Below the pieces are notes generated by a model. It was not told the origin of the DNA. It made no database searches and worked only from the letters and a program-made list of their open reading frames with translations. Below, piece by piece: positions 13,103 to 31,219 of a stretch of 64,000 nucleotides of DNA (position 1 is the first letter of the stretch; each line of letters opens with the position of its first letter). The stretch comes from Paraspadella gotoi (taxonomy: Eukaryota > Animalia > Chaetognatha), in NCBI GenBank assembly GCA_051294375.1, contig CM119263.1, positions 10,562,703 to 10,626,702 of the forward strand, in the 5' to 3' direction. The position numbers and the translations under genes are program-made.

Positions 13103-13604
13103 AGCGAAACATACAGACAGAAGGGGGCGAAAGATCGGTGATTGAGGCGGTGTGAATATACCGCCACATGATCTTGGTTTTTTGAGATTATTACGACCCC
13201 TAAACTCCGCCCAACAGACTCGCATGGTGCTCCTGGGCGGCATCTACATGGCGTCTACGATCGACGATTCCTGCTCGGTCCACAACTGTAAGATCGTCCC
13301 TAACGCCCGCGGGGACGAGGTGATCGGCCGGCTGGGCAACGTGGAGCATCTACGTCCGCTGCTGCCAGAGCCGGTGTTGACCAAAGCCAATCGGATGTAC
13401 TGGTTGACCGACCGGACACCTCACGAATCGCTACCGCTAAAAGAGACGGAATATCGGCAGTTTTTCCGTCTGGTGACCAGCCAAGTGGGACTTTGGTACG
13501 AGGATCATTCCACCAAAAATCCGCGCGGCGTGATGCCCGACCCAAAAATCACGATGATTGTCAAGGGTTCGAAGTTTGATAAAGCCGGGGTCGTTGTCGT
13601 TTAA
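11497..13604 (+). CDS. Uncharacterised ~374-aa protein, putative 2-oxoglutarate/Fe(II)-dependent dioxygenase-like
   Basis: Exons 11497-11664, 11752-12190, 12754-12884 and 13218-13604 splice in frame (phases 0,1,0; 1125 nt). Motifs YLTIQEG..QRRPGLHTD (HxD 12142-12150), GGIYMAS, MYWLTDRTPHESLP (distal His 13422) and YRQFFRL (Arg 13455) fit the HxD...H...R pattern of the double-stranded beta-helix fold. The gene model is more certain than the functional call. Confidence 0.7.
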
Positions 13605-14459
13605 CTTGTGGAAGCTCTTTGTCCCTTCCGTCATTCCTTTCCCTATTCCTATTGGTTTGATTTGAATGATGGTATCATGTAGTATATGGTCCAGTATTGA
13701 TGACAAACAACGAAGCCTTTTGTGTTTAAGATTTTTTTAATTTTTTATTGATTTGTTTTGCGGATCTACGTATTTTACGGCTTCTTTGCTTTTGTTCCCG
13801 CCACCCCAACGCAACAGTCTTGTATCTCTTTCTGTTTTTCTTAACGAAAATCATTTGCTATACCTAACCGCCTTCTTTTTTTTTCTTTTAAAATTTTCAT
13901 TATTCTAAGTGCATGTGAATTATGTGGATGTTTTCTACATTAATTGAGCCGTTGAGTGTTTTTTGAAATTTAGAATAAAATGTTTTCTTTTAAATCTGAT
14001 CTTTCGTTCTTTCGCTATTTCAAAGTCATTGACATCTTTTAAGATTACCATCTCAAGATAGAAAATCACTTCTTTCTAGTGGTTAATTTGATTGACAGGC
14101 GATTCGAGTGACAAGATAACAAGTGTCAATGTTATTATAAAAATTCACAAGGGTTAATGATTTTACTAAATAATTTAAAAACTAGAAAATAATGACCAAC
14201 TTTTGATTTTATTTGACTTACATATTGTTCATTTCCGAATTTAAAGAAACATGGAACTCAATTAAGTAGAAAAACCCCAAATCATCTTTCAATTAATCTT
14301 TCACTTAAGGGAGTGGTCTTTTCATACAATTGAAACATTCTTTGAAATATTTTCCACTTCATTGATAGGGAAGCCAGGTACTCTGGGAGTGAATAAACGA
14401 GACTGTGAGAGAGTCTTGATTGAAAGCTTGCAGGGACCTGCTATGTCATTATCTTGTAA

Positions 14460-14565
14460 GAGCGATGGAGGCCTTAAACCACCAAAGCCTGTCCAAAGTC
14501 AGGGGCAAGATAGCTTATTTATTAAATGAATGGATAATTTTTATATTGGTTGTACCAATTTCATA
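14460..14565 (+). repeat. Longest copy of a dispersed ~106-bp repeat (non-autonomous element?)
   Basis: Same length as, and highly similar to, the reverse-complement copy at 37520-37625. All copies share the ...aatttcata end. Confidence 0.8.
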
Positions 14566-15210
14566 GTCATTGCAGCATAAAAGGCAAACAAAGGAAAATT
14601 CAAGGTTATATTTTAATTTTAGGACAGTAAAAGTGAACTGTGCCATGAATTAATTGTCCCCTGTTAAAATATCCTCCCCATACGCTTACTCGGTGATAAA
14701 GAAATCAAAAAGAATTGCGAGTACTAATCTCTCTTGACTCGTCTGGAACGCCTTCTAAACCCCTTTGCCAGGTTATTGGCATAACCATTGAAACGTTGAC
14801 TATTGTAAAAAAATTAGACATGAAAAATCGTGCGTTTGCAATAATAGTAAAAATGTTGACCTAAGGCTAAAAGAGGTTTCTGTATTATACCTAATATCTT
14901 GTCTAACTGAAATGAGACGTGAACCTTAATTACAACAAAATTAAAATAGATTAATCAAAATTTTCATTTAAAGTATTTTTTTAGGGAGAGCGCTAGGAAT
15001 AATTCCTACTAATTCCGTTAATGTGAGGAGACGGAAGCGTGTGAATTTTATCATAAAGATTATCTCGTCGATAAAATCGACAAGTTTCTTCACGGTAGGG
15101 ACATTAAGTCGTATCATTTAAATTGAAACCGGGCTTTAAAACATAGATTTAAAAAAAAAAATACATAATTGTTTAAAACCTTGACGAAAATGGGATCCGG
15201 TCATTGAGCA

Positions 15211-15845
15211 ATGGCGGGTGTATACCTAAATTCGCGGCGAAACACCGGCAGCTTTAGCATCCATGAGGTATTTAACTGATTGGAAACGCTTATCAGACAA
15301 GACTAAATATAATAAATCGATTTTATAACTAATATAATTATCATCTTTAATTTGCTTTCTTTTCTCTCACACGCGATTTCTTTTTACTTATAAGTCGGAC
15401 GAGGCGTTCCGGGAGAAGGCCTCGAGCTTCGGTCATCCTCAGGCTATAGTTTCCAAGTATCTCCACCAACGGATTTGGTCGTCCAAAAGCTTCAGTCAGG
15501 GGGCTAAAAAGGTTTTTCATAATTAGTTTATTGATTAGCACTTTAATGTGCATTCACTAAACTTATCTTCTAAAAATATTTTTAAGCCACTTTGTCAGCT
15601 TCATAGATCATCGGTTCAATTTATCTTTTATTTAGAACTTACTACTTCATCGTAAAAATACCGGCGATTTCCGCCCCTCTTTTGGTCGAGAGGCCACGAA
15701 AATCTATGAAAATGAACAAAAGAGCAACGAAAACTTGGCAACGTCCGAAACTTTGGTCAGGAAAAAAGTTGCCCAATGCCCAATTGCTGTCATTGGAATA
15801 GGTACGTAAATACTTGGTCTGCTGGCCACTACATAGTACATATGT

Positions 15846-15938
<93 letters not shown>

Positions 15939-18900
15939 TTATTATTTCATGTTTTTTACGCTTCTAATAATATTAAATCGGGACAAAAATTTTTAACAAT
16001 TTACAATATTTATCAGGATGCCGAATGCCCGGTGACGTGAACACATCTGGCGATTTCTGGAAAGTTATTTCTGAAGGAAGAAGCACAATCACTGAAGTTC
16101 CACCGGAAAGATGGTCCATCGCCTCTTTTTACAGGCAAATCAATTTTTTTTAATTGTTTAATGATCAGCGCAGGAGTGATCTTGAAACAATTTCGTCATT
16201 GCAGCCCCGACCCTTTAAAACCGGGCCACACTGTGTCGAAATGGGGTTCGTTCGTCGATGGAGTTGAAAAATTCGACAACAAATTTTTTCGAATTTCACC
16301 CAGAGAAGCGGCTATGATGGACCCTCAACAAAGAATATTGTTGGAGGTAACTTTAAAGATAAATACAAACATTAAACAATTTAATGACAATATTAAAAAT
16401 CTTTCAATTATTAAAGATGACAATGATGAAATAATGCGGCTAAAAGTAAAAATTAAATGACTAATGAGCAGCTTAAAGGACAGGCTTATATCGACTGCTG
16501 CTAAGCTCAAAGTCAATGTACGAGGATGCTTCATATTTCAGGTGAGCTATGAGGCTTTCCAAGACGCCGGAATCGTGGTGGAAAATTCCAAACTCAATTG
16601 CGGAGTCTACGTGGGGATCGGTATGATGGATTACCCAATCTTGATAGGCAGCGACAAAAACATCATGAACTCGTACACCCACACGGGAACCGCCCACTCC
16701 GTAGCGGCCAACAGGATTTCGTACACCTTCGACTTTTACGGTCCTTCGGTCGCCATAGACACGGCCTGCGCGTCATCCATGACGGCGGCGCACATCGCCT
16801 GTTCGGGGCTGAGAAACGATGAATGCCGCCTGGCTCTCGTCGCCGGGTCGAACCTAAATCTGCTGCCTGAAGTGACGATCGGATTCTCGAAACTGGGCGT
16901 CCTCTCCAGTGACGGCAAGAGCTGCCCATTCGACGAGAGGGCCAACGGTTACGTGAGAAGCGAAGGGTGGGGAGCTGTGATCCTCAAGCGGCTCGATCAC
17001 GCCATCCTCGACGGCGATCACGTCTACTCCGTCATTCGAGGAAGCACGATCGCCGACAACGGCGCCAGCGGATCCTTGACGATGCCCTCGTCCGAGGCGC
17101 AAGAGAGACTCATGAGGGAAACGTACGCCAAGTCAGGGATTCCTCTCGTCTCAGTTCAGTACATCGAAGCTCATGGGACGTCCACGCCCGTGGGAGATCC
17201 CCTCGAGGCGAAGGCGATCGGAAATGTGTTCGGAAAAAGTCGATCGACGCTCTTTCCGATAAAAATCGGATCGGTGAAGAGCAACTTCGGTCATATGGAA
17301 TGCGCCGCCGGAATCGCGGCCATCATCAAATCCGCATTGATGCTTAAGAATCGTCTCTTGTGTCCTTCCATTAATTTTCAAAAACTGAATCCCAACATCG
17401 ACGGGAACGCGTTAAACATGGAGGTTCAGAAAACCGTGCATTTTTTCGGGAAGAAAAAATTCACGATCGGAGTAAACAGCTTTGGGTTCGGAGGCGCTTT
17501 GGCCCACATGATCATGGAAGAGGCGGCCGTCCGACCGAAAAAAAATCACTCGGAAGCAGGTTGGAAAATGTGTGAGGAGGAAACGCGAGGGTTGGAGATT
17601 ATGATTCCGTTATCGGCCAAGTCCCTTATTTCGTTGCACGCTACGGTCGAGAAATGGGCGAACTTCGACTATAATATGGACGCGATGGCTGTCGCAGGAT
17701 GGCAGGCCACGCGAAGAGCACATCATGATCAAAGAGTCGTAATTATAGCCGACTCAAAATCAGATTTTAATGAAAAATGTAGGTTATTTTTAGATGATGA
17801 AGAAAGTCCATTGATAGTAAAAGGAGAAAGGAAATGGAATACTGGACAAAAACAAAAGGTTTGTTTCGTGTTTCCAGGTTCAGGGCAGCAGTATGCAACC
17901 ATGGGTAGAACGCTGTATGCAACGGAAGCTGTATTTAAAAATACGGTGGATCTCTGCGATGAATACTTTAAAAAATATTCCGGGTTTTCATTCATCGAAC
18001 ACACGGGCGTTTTCAGAGGGGATTTAATTGTGTCTATAGATGATATTGAAGTCTCGCAACCGGCAATAATATTTTTTCAGCTTGCTATAGTCGAATTATT
18101 AAAAAATTGGGGTGTTAGGGCTGACATAGTTGTAGGTCACAGTTTAGGTGAAATCTCAGCCGCTTACACAGCAGGAAGTTTATCTCTTGAAGAATCAATA
18201 TTGCTGACTTATTTTAGATGCCGCGAGCAATCAAAACTTAAAGGAATCGGGGCGATGGCTGCTAGTGTTGGCGATGGTGCGGTTGCAGAAGAAATTAGTA
18301 ATAGTGACCCCGATATCGACGTTGCTTGTTTTAATGCTCCAAGAATGGTGACAATTGCAGGTCCTTCTCAAACGATAAAATCTATTGTTGAAAGGCATCC
18401 AACACAATTTAAGCAGCTGAGAGTAGACAGCGCCTTTCATACAAAATATATGGAACCGATAAAGGCGTCATTTATTTTTGCTATTAAATCAAAGCTACGT
18501 AAAGTAAGACCGAGGGGTAGTGTAGCCTTCTATTCTACCATAACTGGTGATAGATACCAAAAATCTTTGGGGGACGAATACTGGTGGGACAACATTAGAA
18601 AGCCAGTACAGTTTATGCAAGCAATTCAGCGGATAAACAATAATCATGAGGTTCAATTGTTTTTGGAGATTGGAGCGTCTCATACACTGTTGTCTTACAT
18701 CCAAAAAAGTTTGCAAGTAAAAGAAAAAAATCCTTTAGTCTTGGGTCTTGGTTCACGGAAAACAGATGACAGGACTAACCTCTTACAAACTATCGCTAAG
18801 TTGTATGTATTAGGATTTCCTTTGGTTTGGGATAACATTACCCGTAAAACCTCATCCTATGCCCCTTTGCCCTTTTACGGTTGGCATCACCAAAGTCACT

Positions 18901-21900
18901 GGACAGAACCGAAGGAAAGAGAGCAATTGAGATTGGGATACAAACAAACAAACACTTTTAGAGAAAATGATTCCTTAATTTCCCTGGATAGTTTTCCATT
19001 TTTTAAGGATCATGTAGTTGAAAACAAAATTTTATTTCCTGCTACAGGATATATAGAATTAACATTGCAGGTTTTTGGCGATGAAAATCAATTGCCCTAC
19101 ATAAGTGGAATCGAATTTTCTTCACCAACGATTTTTCCAGAATCAGGATCGTCAAAAAACGAAGTTCAGTTTAGGTATGAAAAAGAAGATTCAAAAATAT
19201 CTTTGTATAATCCTAACGGGTTAGCCTCAGTCATGACTCTTGAAAGCAATGACCAATGTGACCTGGGACATCTTTCCTACTCAGAAATAAAACATAGATG
19301 TCATGAAAAAGTCATGAAAACCGAAGATTTTTATCGTTTTTTAACAGAATATGGATTCAAATATGGTCAAGAATTTCAGGTCGTAGAAAAGATATTTAGA
19401 GGAGATGAAGAGGCCATATCTTTTCTTAGCGCAGCTTTAGATCAGTACCAACGTTTTAACATTATGATATTGGATGGTATGTTTCAAACTTCATTTTCAG
19501 CAGCAATTGACTACCTTAGAGAAAATTGTACCTACCTTCCAGTCTCAATTAAAAGTATTAAATTTTCATGTGATAAACTTCCTTTGGACCAGAATTTTGT
19601 CGTTTGGGCCAAAGTGACGGAATCTGAGCAGGATTATGTTCAATGCAATATCAAACTTTGTCATCCAGATGATGGATTGGTCTATATTGAGGTCGAAAAC
19701 TTAAAGCTACAATACTTAGGAGGTCACCAAACAGTTCCATTCTATTCCGAGTGCCTGTATAAAACAGTTTGGCAGCCAGTGACAAGCTCATTGCCATCAT
19801 TTACAACTATCAGAAATCAATTTTCACAAACAGCATTAGAGCAAAAGTACCCGGAAGAAACTCGCTTGGTAAAGAAAGTGGAGGATATCCTACCACTCAT
19901 TAAGAAAATTTGTTTAGCTTTTATCAAGCATGCCCTAGAAGCTGCCCAAAATCCAAAGGAGAATAGATATTATCAGCATTTAAAAAAAATCCGTATTGAC
20001 TCAGGCGATAGCCCAATGACGGCATTTGAAGCAAATAACTTGTTGCTTGCATTACAAAGATCTCATCGCAGTTTTGAATTAGAGCTAAGTCTTCTTCTTT
20101 GGCTGGGTGATTTACTACCACAAACTTTGCAGGACTCCAAAGACGCTGTTAAAGTTCTTTTTTCTGAAAGGGGATTAAACAGGTATTTTATGGATTCGTT
20201 ATCAACGCGAATATTTTATAAAATTTTACGAGATGTTACTCACCACGCAGTTAAAGAATCATTGAAAAAAAAAGAGTTGGTTAAAATTCTTGAGATAGGC
20301 GGAAGAATGGGTGGATTGGCAACTTATGTTCTAGAACCAATTGAAGAATATCTGCACAATGGTAGCATAGAATATACTTTCACAGACCTACACTCAACTT
20401 TTTTTCCTCATGCAAAAACAATTTTAGCCAAATATCCCCAGGTCAAGTTTAAATTGTTAGATATTGAAAAGAATATACAAATTCAAGATTTTATGGGTGA
20501 AAGTTATGACATTATTATTTGCATGGATACACTACATTCAGTAGTTGATGTTTCAGACAGTTTATACAACATAACAGATCTTTTGGTTGGTAATGGCTGG
20601 CTTTTGTTAATGGAAGCCACTAATACTCATTTAATCTCAGAAGTGGTTTTTGGCTGTTTGGAGCTTTGCTGGACATACAATGATGATTATCGTCATGATG
20701 GTTGCTGGCTAACGAAGGATGAATGGATGAATGTTTTGGAAGAAAATAATGATTTAGTTAATACTTCATGTCTGACAACAAAAAATGAGTTTTTCCATAC
20801 TATATTTGCAGCTCAAAAGAAAAGCTATGTAATAAGTAATGATCATCTACTGATTTTATATAGTAATCTGCCAATGAGTCTCCATGAAAATCTTTGTACC
20901 AGCTACGTTGGAAAATCTAGCTGCTTAGAATTTAATTATTTTTTGAAACAAGAATCTGCTGAGACAGATCAATCAACCAAGTTAATATTTATGTTACCTG
21001 AAGATTGTGAAGCGATTGGCCAGGTACACAAGCTGGTTCAGTTTTTAATTAACAAAAAAATTTCAAATTTTATCACGGGTATTTGGATTATTACTTTACG
21101 TGGTACAGAAGCCCCATATTCTAGTTCGATCGTCGAGGGTTATATGAGATCAGTAGTTAATGAATTACCTTCAATACCATTACATAGTTGCATAATCTAT
21201 GAAACCTTGTCAGACGAAGAGAAGATCAAGGGAATATTAGAAGCTCTTCAAATCTCATCTTATCCAGAAATAAAAGTAACCAGTGCTGGCTTATTAGTGT
21301 CAAAACTCATGCCTCTTAATTTAGTACCAGAGGAAGAAGAAATAACATCTGATTCTTGGGTGTTAAATTACGACGGCGAAGAAACCAACTTCGTTTCGCT
21401 TTTGCGAGAAGAATTAGCTGAATCAGAAGTTCGTGTTCGAGTGAAATGCGCGGGAGTTAATTTTAAAGACGTGATGACTTTCAGAGGTCTGCTCGATGAA
21501 TTGGACGACGAAATAGGATCCCAGTTTGGAATCGAATGCTCAGGAATTGTCGAGGAGGTCGGCGTAAACGTGAAGCATTTCAAAGAAGGAGACGAAGTCA
21601 TTGCTTTGGGGAACTTCTGTTTTTCGACTCACGTCATAACAGATTCAAATTTGTGCGTTAAGAAACCAAAATCTATGTCATGGGAACAAGCTGCAGGAGT
21701 AGCCATTGCTCATATAACAGCTTACCATGCTTTAGTAGAAAGAGGGATGTTAAAAGAAAATGAAATAGTTTTAATCCATTCAGCGGCAGGAGGAGTTGGA
21801 TTGGCCGCCGTAAACATTGCTAAACTAATAGGTGCGGAAGTATTCGCAACAGTAGGAACTGAAGAGAAGCAACGATATCTGCAAGAAAATTATCAAATTC

Positions 21901-24468
21901 CTTACATCTCTGATTCCCATTCATTTAAATGTTTTGACGATGTCAAAAGATGGACTAATGGACGCGGTGTCGATGTAGTATTAAATTCCCTCGCGGGAAA
22001 ATTTATCAAAGCCGGCATGGATTGCCTCGCTCCAGGTGGGAGATTTCTTGAAATTGGTAAAAGAGATTTTCTTCAAAACCATAAGGTTGATCTTCGACCT
22101 CTTTTGGAAAACAAAACATTTTCATCAGTTCAAATGGACTTTCTGATGAAAGGAAATTCTAGCAAAATTCAACAACTCCTTCAGACAATTTTGAGCTTGT
22201 TTGATAATGAGGATTTTTACAGCATCCCAACACAAGCTAACTCGGTTTTCAAGTACAAAGAAATACTTACAAAAATGTCCTCGGGTTCACATATTGGAAA
22301 AGTGGTACTTTCCATACCTAAAAATCCCAGCACAAAATGTATCAAAAGCAAACCTGTTCTTTTTAATTCTAATGGCAATTATATAATCACCGGCGGCTTG
22401 GGAGGAATTGGTCAGCATTTTCTAAAATGGATGGTCAAGGAAGGTACTATTAGGTCAATTTGAATAATACATTTCCAATAATAACCATTCAATGAATTGA
22501 ATTAGCTCTGAATACTCAATTCTTACCATATAGGCGCTCAAAACATTACTGTGATAACCAAACGTGGATGCAATCAGTTTGGAAGCAGGGCAAGAACGTT
22601 AAAATGGCTCGCCGATCGTGGAGTAAATTTACACGTCATCAAAGCCGATCTTTTATCAATTGATTATTCTGAACTGTTCAAGGAAATTGAGGTAATACTA
22701 GTGTGAACAAGGTTTAGGCAAAAATCTTAAAACTTAAATAATGAAATGTTTCATTTGATTTAGTTGATTGCCTATATAGCAAATCAAAAAAGGAATTAAC
22801 ATCATGACTACAAGTTAATTCATCTTTAGGTAATAAATATTCCAGTTAAAGGCATAATTCACCTTGCTGGAGATATTCAGAACTCTGCGACTAAAGATAT
22901 AGAGGTAAACCGTGCTTATTTATTTTTTTTTTTATACAGAAAGGCATTTTTTTTCATTTTTTTTTTTAGCTTGAAGCATTTTGGAAGTGTATCAATATTA
23001 AAGCATTATCTGCACTACAGCTACATAAAGCATCACTACACCAAAACCTTGATTTCTTCATTACTCTGTCCTCAGTAAGTGTTATCAAAATTTCACATAT
23101 TTGTAAAACTTTGTGTTGAACTTTCTTTTAATGGCGTTTTTATATTTAGAGAGAAAAACAAAGTTTCTTTGTTAACAAACAACGATTTTTTTAATGAAAA
23201 AAAAAACGAACATGTTATGACTCTTGTTTTGCGAGTCTTCATCAGCGCATGAATATATTAAACAAAATTCTTGAAAGTGTGATAATAATTACGAACTTTT
23301 TAAAACAAATTATTCATCTGAATAACATATGCTTAGGTTGCAAGCACATGGGGAAATCCTGAGCAGGCAGCTTATGTTTCTGCAAATAACTGTATGGATG
23401 AATTAATGATCTATCGTAGAAAGATCGGTTTGCCAGGACTGTCTCTTCAATTTGGAGCTGTCGATGGCGCAGGTTATCTTCTTGGCAATAAGTAGGTGGA
23501 CACTTTTTATTATTGAAATTTCTGGGATTAGTGTAATAAAACAAAGGCTATAATCTCAATTTTTTCTGTCAGGCGAACGACAAAAATCACTAATCAAAAG
23601 GGTATGCTGCCACTTCACATTAATGAATATTTAACTATACTTAGCTCTATACTAAGAAATGGACATCAGTCTTTGCCACCAGTTATTACGATTACAAACT
23701 CGGTAACTCGCGCTTTGTTATCTTCTTAACATTTAATCTTAAATATATTTAAATATTATTTGAAAGATACTACTTTTCTTTTAGGATTGGGAAAAGACTC
23801 TTAATTTTTGTTCACGTTCAAAACAACGAATATCTCATTTATGTTCTTTTGTAAATGAAAGACCAGGTTTGACCGGCTAAGAGAGCGCTAAATATTTTTA
23901 GAATGATTACTTTTTTAAAAAGTAACGAAATTAAAACCAATTTTCTTTCCAAAGACAATACGCGCTACACTGAGAAGCAATTACAAAACAATGTGTGTGA
24001 AAAGCTTTCTGATTTGCTTGAGCTACCATATGACGAAATTGATATAAGAGTGCCTTTAACAGGTAAAAATACGGATTTACATTAATCGTCCTATTGAGTT
24101 TTATTTATTTATTTTTTTTTCGTTTTATTTCAGATTTTGGCGTTGATTCTCTCATTGCAGTCGAATTAGTTAACTGGATAAAGAAACAGTTTGGAATAAC
24201 AATTAGTCAACTTGATATTCTAGGTGGGTATTCTAATATAAAGCATTATCAACAATGTTGATAAAAATAGACAAAAATTAAGCACAATTTATGATATAAA
24301 TATTTTATGTTTTTACTTTTTTAGTCAATCCGATAATTTTTTTAATAACAAAAACCAAACAAAATTGTCAGAAAATATTTAAAATTTTTAGGTGGGATGA
24401 CGACGAAAAATCTTCTTCAAAAAGCATTAGTAGGAGAAACATGTCTGCCTACGAAAAGGTCCTGTTAA
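15211..24468 (+). CDS. Single-module highly reducing type I polyketide synthase KS-AT-DH-cMT-ER-KR-ACP (~2,454 aa, no thioesterase)
   Basis: Exons (first tentative) 15211-15267, 15636-15801, 16017-16134, 16205-16346, 16542-22443, 22534-22691, 22830-22904, 22970-23074, 23337-23491, 23573-23702, 23785-23866, 23955-24062, 24134-24223, 24392-24468 sum to 7365 nt in frame. Motifs: [35 protein letters not shown]; AT GHSLG, SAFH; [18 protein letters not shown]; [18 protein letters not shown]; [11 protein letters not shown]; [20 protein letters not shown]; ACP GVDSL. Confidence 0.96.
23205..23248 (-). ncRNA. Degenerate minimal hammerhead ribozyme motif in a PKS intron (antisense)
   Basis: Minus strand reads gcg-CTGATGA-a-GACTC-gcaaaacaa-GAGTC-ATAAC-ATGTTC. 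The GAAA core is mutated. Flanks resemble the 26930 and 25398 copies. Confidence 0.55.
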
Positions 24469-24708
24469 AAATTGCTTGTTAAATACATATTACATAACTT
24501 ATGTCTTCCTCTCTTTTTTACGATAGCTTTATCAGCATCATGTACGTAATTACAAGCCAAATGTCAAGGTTCATAAAAAGATTCAAGATTATTTACTAAA
24601 ATGTCTATAAAGCTTTCAGCAATGAGATTACTATAATCGATGTAATTACATTTTTAAGTTGCTAGTGAACGAAACTTGAAATCTTTGTGTTATGAAATTA
24701 ACCTGATT

Positions 24709-30190
<5,482 letters not shown>

Positions 30191-31140
30191 GATTAGTAAA
30201 GCTGTGTTTATTACTATTTTCCGACAAGAAGATGTTTAAGAATTAGAAAAAGAGTTAATTGCCGATTGTCTTTTGTAAAGAATTACACGTTGAGAATATG
30301 AAAGCCTTAAATCGTAACGGTTGTTACGAGTAAAATGTTAGACTACCTTTTCATAAATTTTTTTATCAATAAAACGTTCGCTCGCAAAGGTTGAATCACT
30401 CTTTACCAAGTAGTCCAATTTTTAATTCCATCGGAGAGATCACTGAAAGAAGAGATCACAAAAAGACTTGCAGCGAGGTACCGCAGTGAGTGTTTAAGAA
30501 AAAGAGAGAGAGAAAAGAATTAAAAACCGAAAGACCGGCTTCGTGGCTTTATTCCAATTTTTTTTTAAATTCTGCGCAATGGAGTATAAACGCCGAAATA
30601 TCTTTTAACATAATTTAACATAGTTTGACGCCTTGGTATAGTTCCATAACGCCCACGATATTAACTAATCTTAACAGAAACATGTATGTAAGATGAACAT
30701 GAGATTTTGGTTGATAAAATAAGGAAAATCATCAATTTTTATTTTGAAATTTGTTACATGTTAGTGGATTATGCTTTTAAAAATATCATTGTTTCGTTTA
30801 TCATAAATAATCGTTATTTAGCAATCGGTAATATAATTAGCGTTTCTATCGGTCAGCCATCGGATTATTTTACGCAACCACCATTTTGGCATCTTCCATC
30901 CCGAATAAAAAAAAACGATTAGAAGCTGTGCAACTGTGCATCTTCTCGCCGTCGTTAAAATTTAAATTTAGAATGTTTATCTTTTGTGAGAGAAAGAGAA
31001 AGGTACGTATGTAAAAATGTCGATTTTGATTTAAAAAGTGAGTTTAAAAATAAGAAAATGAAACAAAAGGGAGAGATATTGAGTGAGAGGATTTAAGAGT
31101 TAAAATGAAAAGAGAGAAATAAAAAAAAAGGAAAGAAAAA

Positions 31141-31218
<78 letters not shown>
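31141..31218. repeat. (GAAA)n microsatellite
   Basis: Directly visible; a (TTTC)n counterpart lies at ~55027-55140. Confidence 0.95.

Positions 31219-31219
<1 letters not shown>

Noticed and set aside
10789-13166. Repeated small hairpin tgaggcggtgtg(t/a)atataccgc at 10789 and 13143
   Set aside because: Only ~23 bp and two copies; probably a transposon-end remnant, with no testable function.
12499-13243. Long SLSLSL/ERERER ORFs here and at other (AG)n runs (15.8, 25.5, 27.9, 38.4, 41.4, 45.2, 48.3, 57.6 kb)
   Set aside because: These are translations of microsatellites. Only 12754-12884 and 13218 onward are real exons of the dioxygenase-like gene.
16464-22463. Bacterial contaminant PKS, or animal FAS, as a stand-alone 1999-aa ORF
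   Set aside because: The ORF is one exon of a spliced gene and its first and last residues are intronic. No TE, a full cMT and the DTACASS/HGTST/KSNFGH context argue against canonical FAS.
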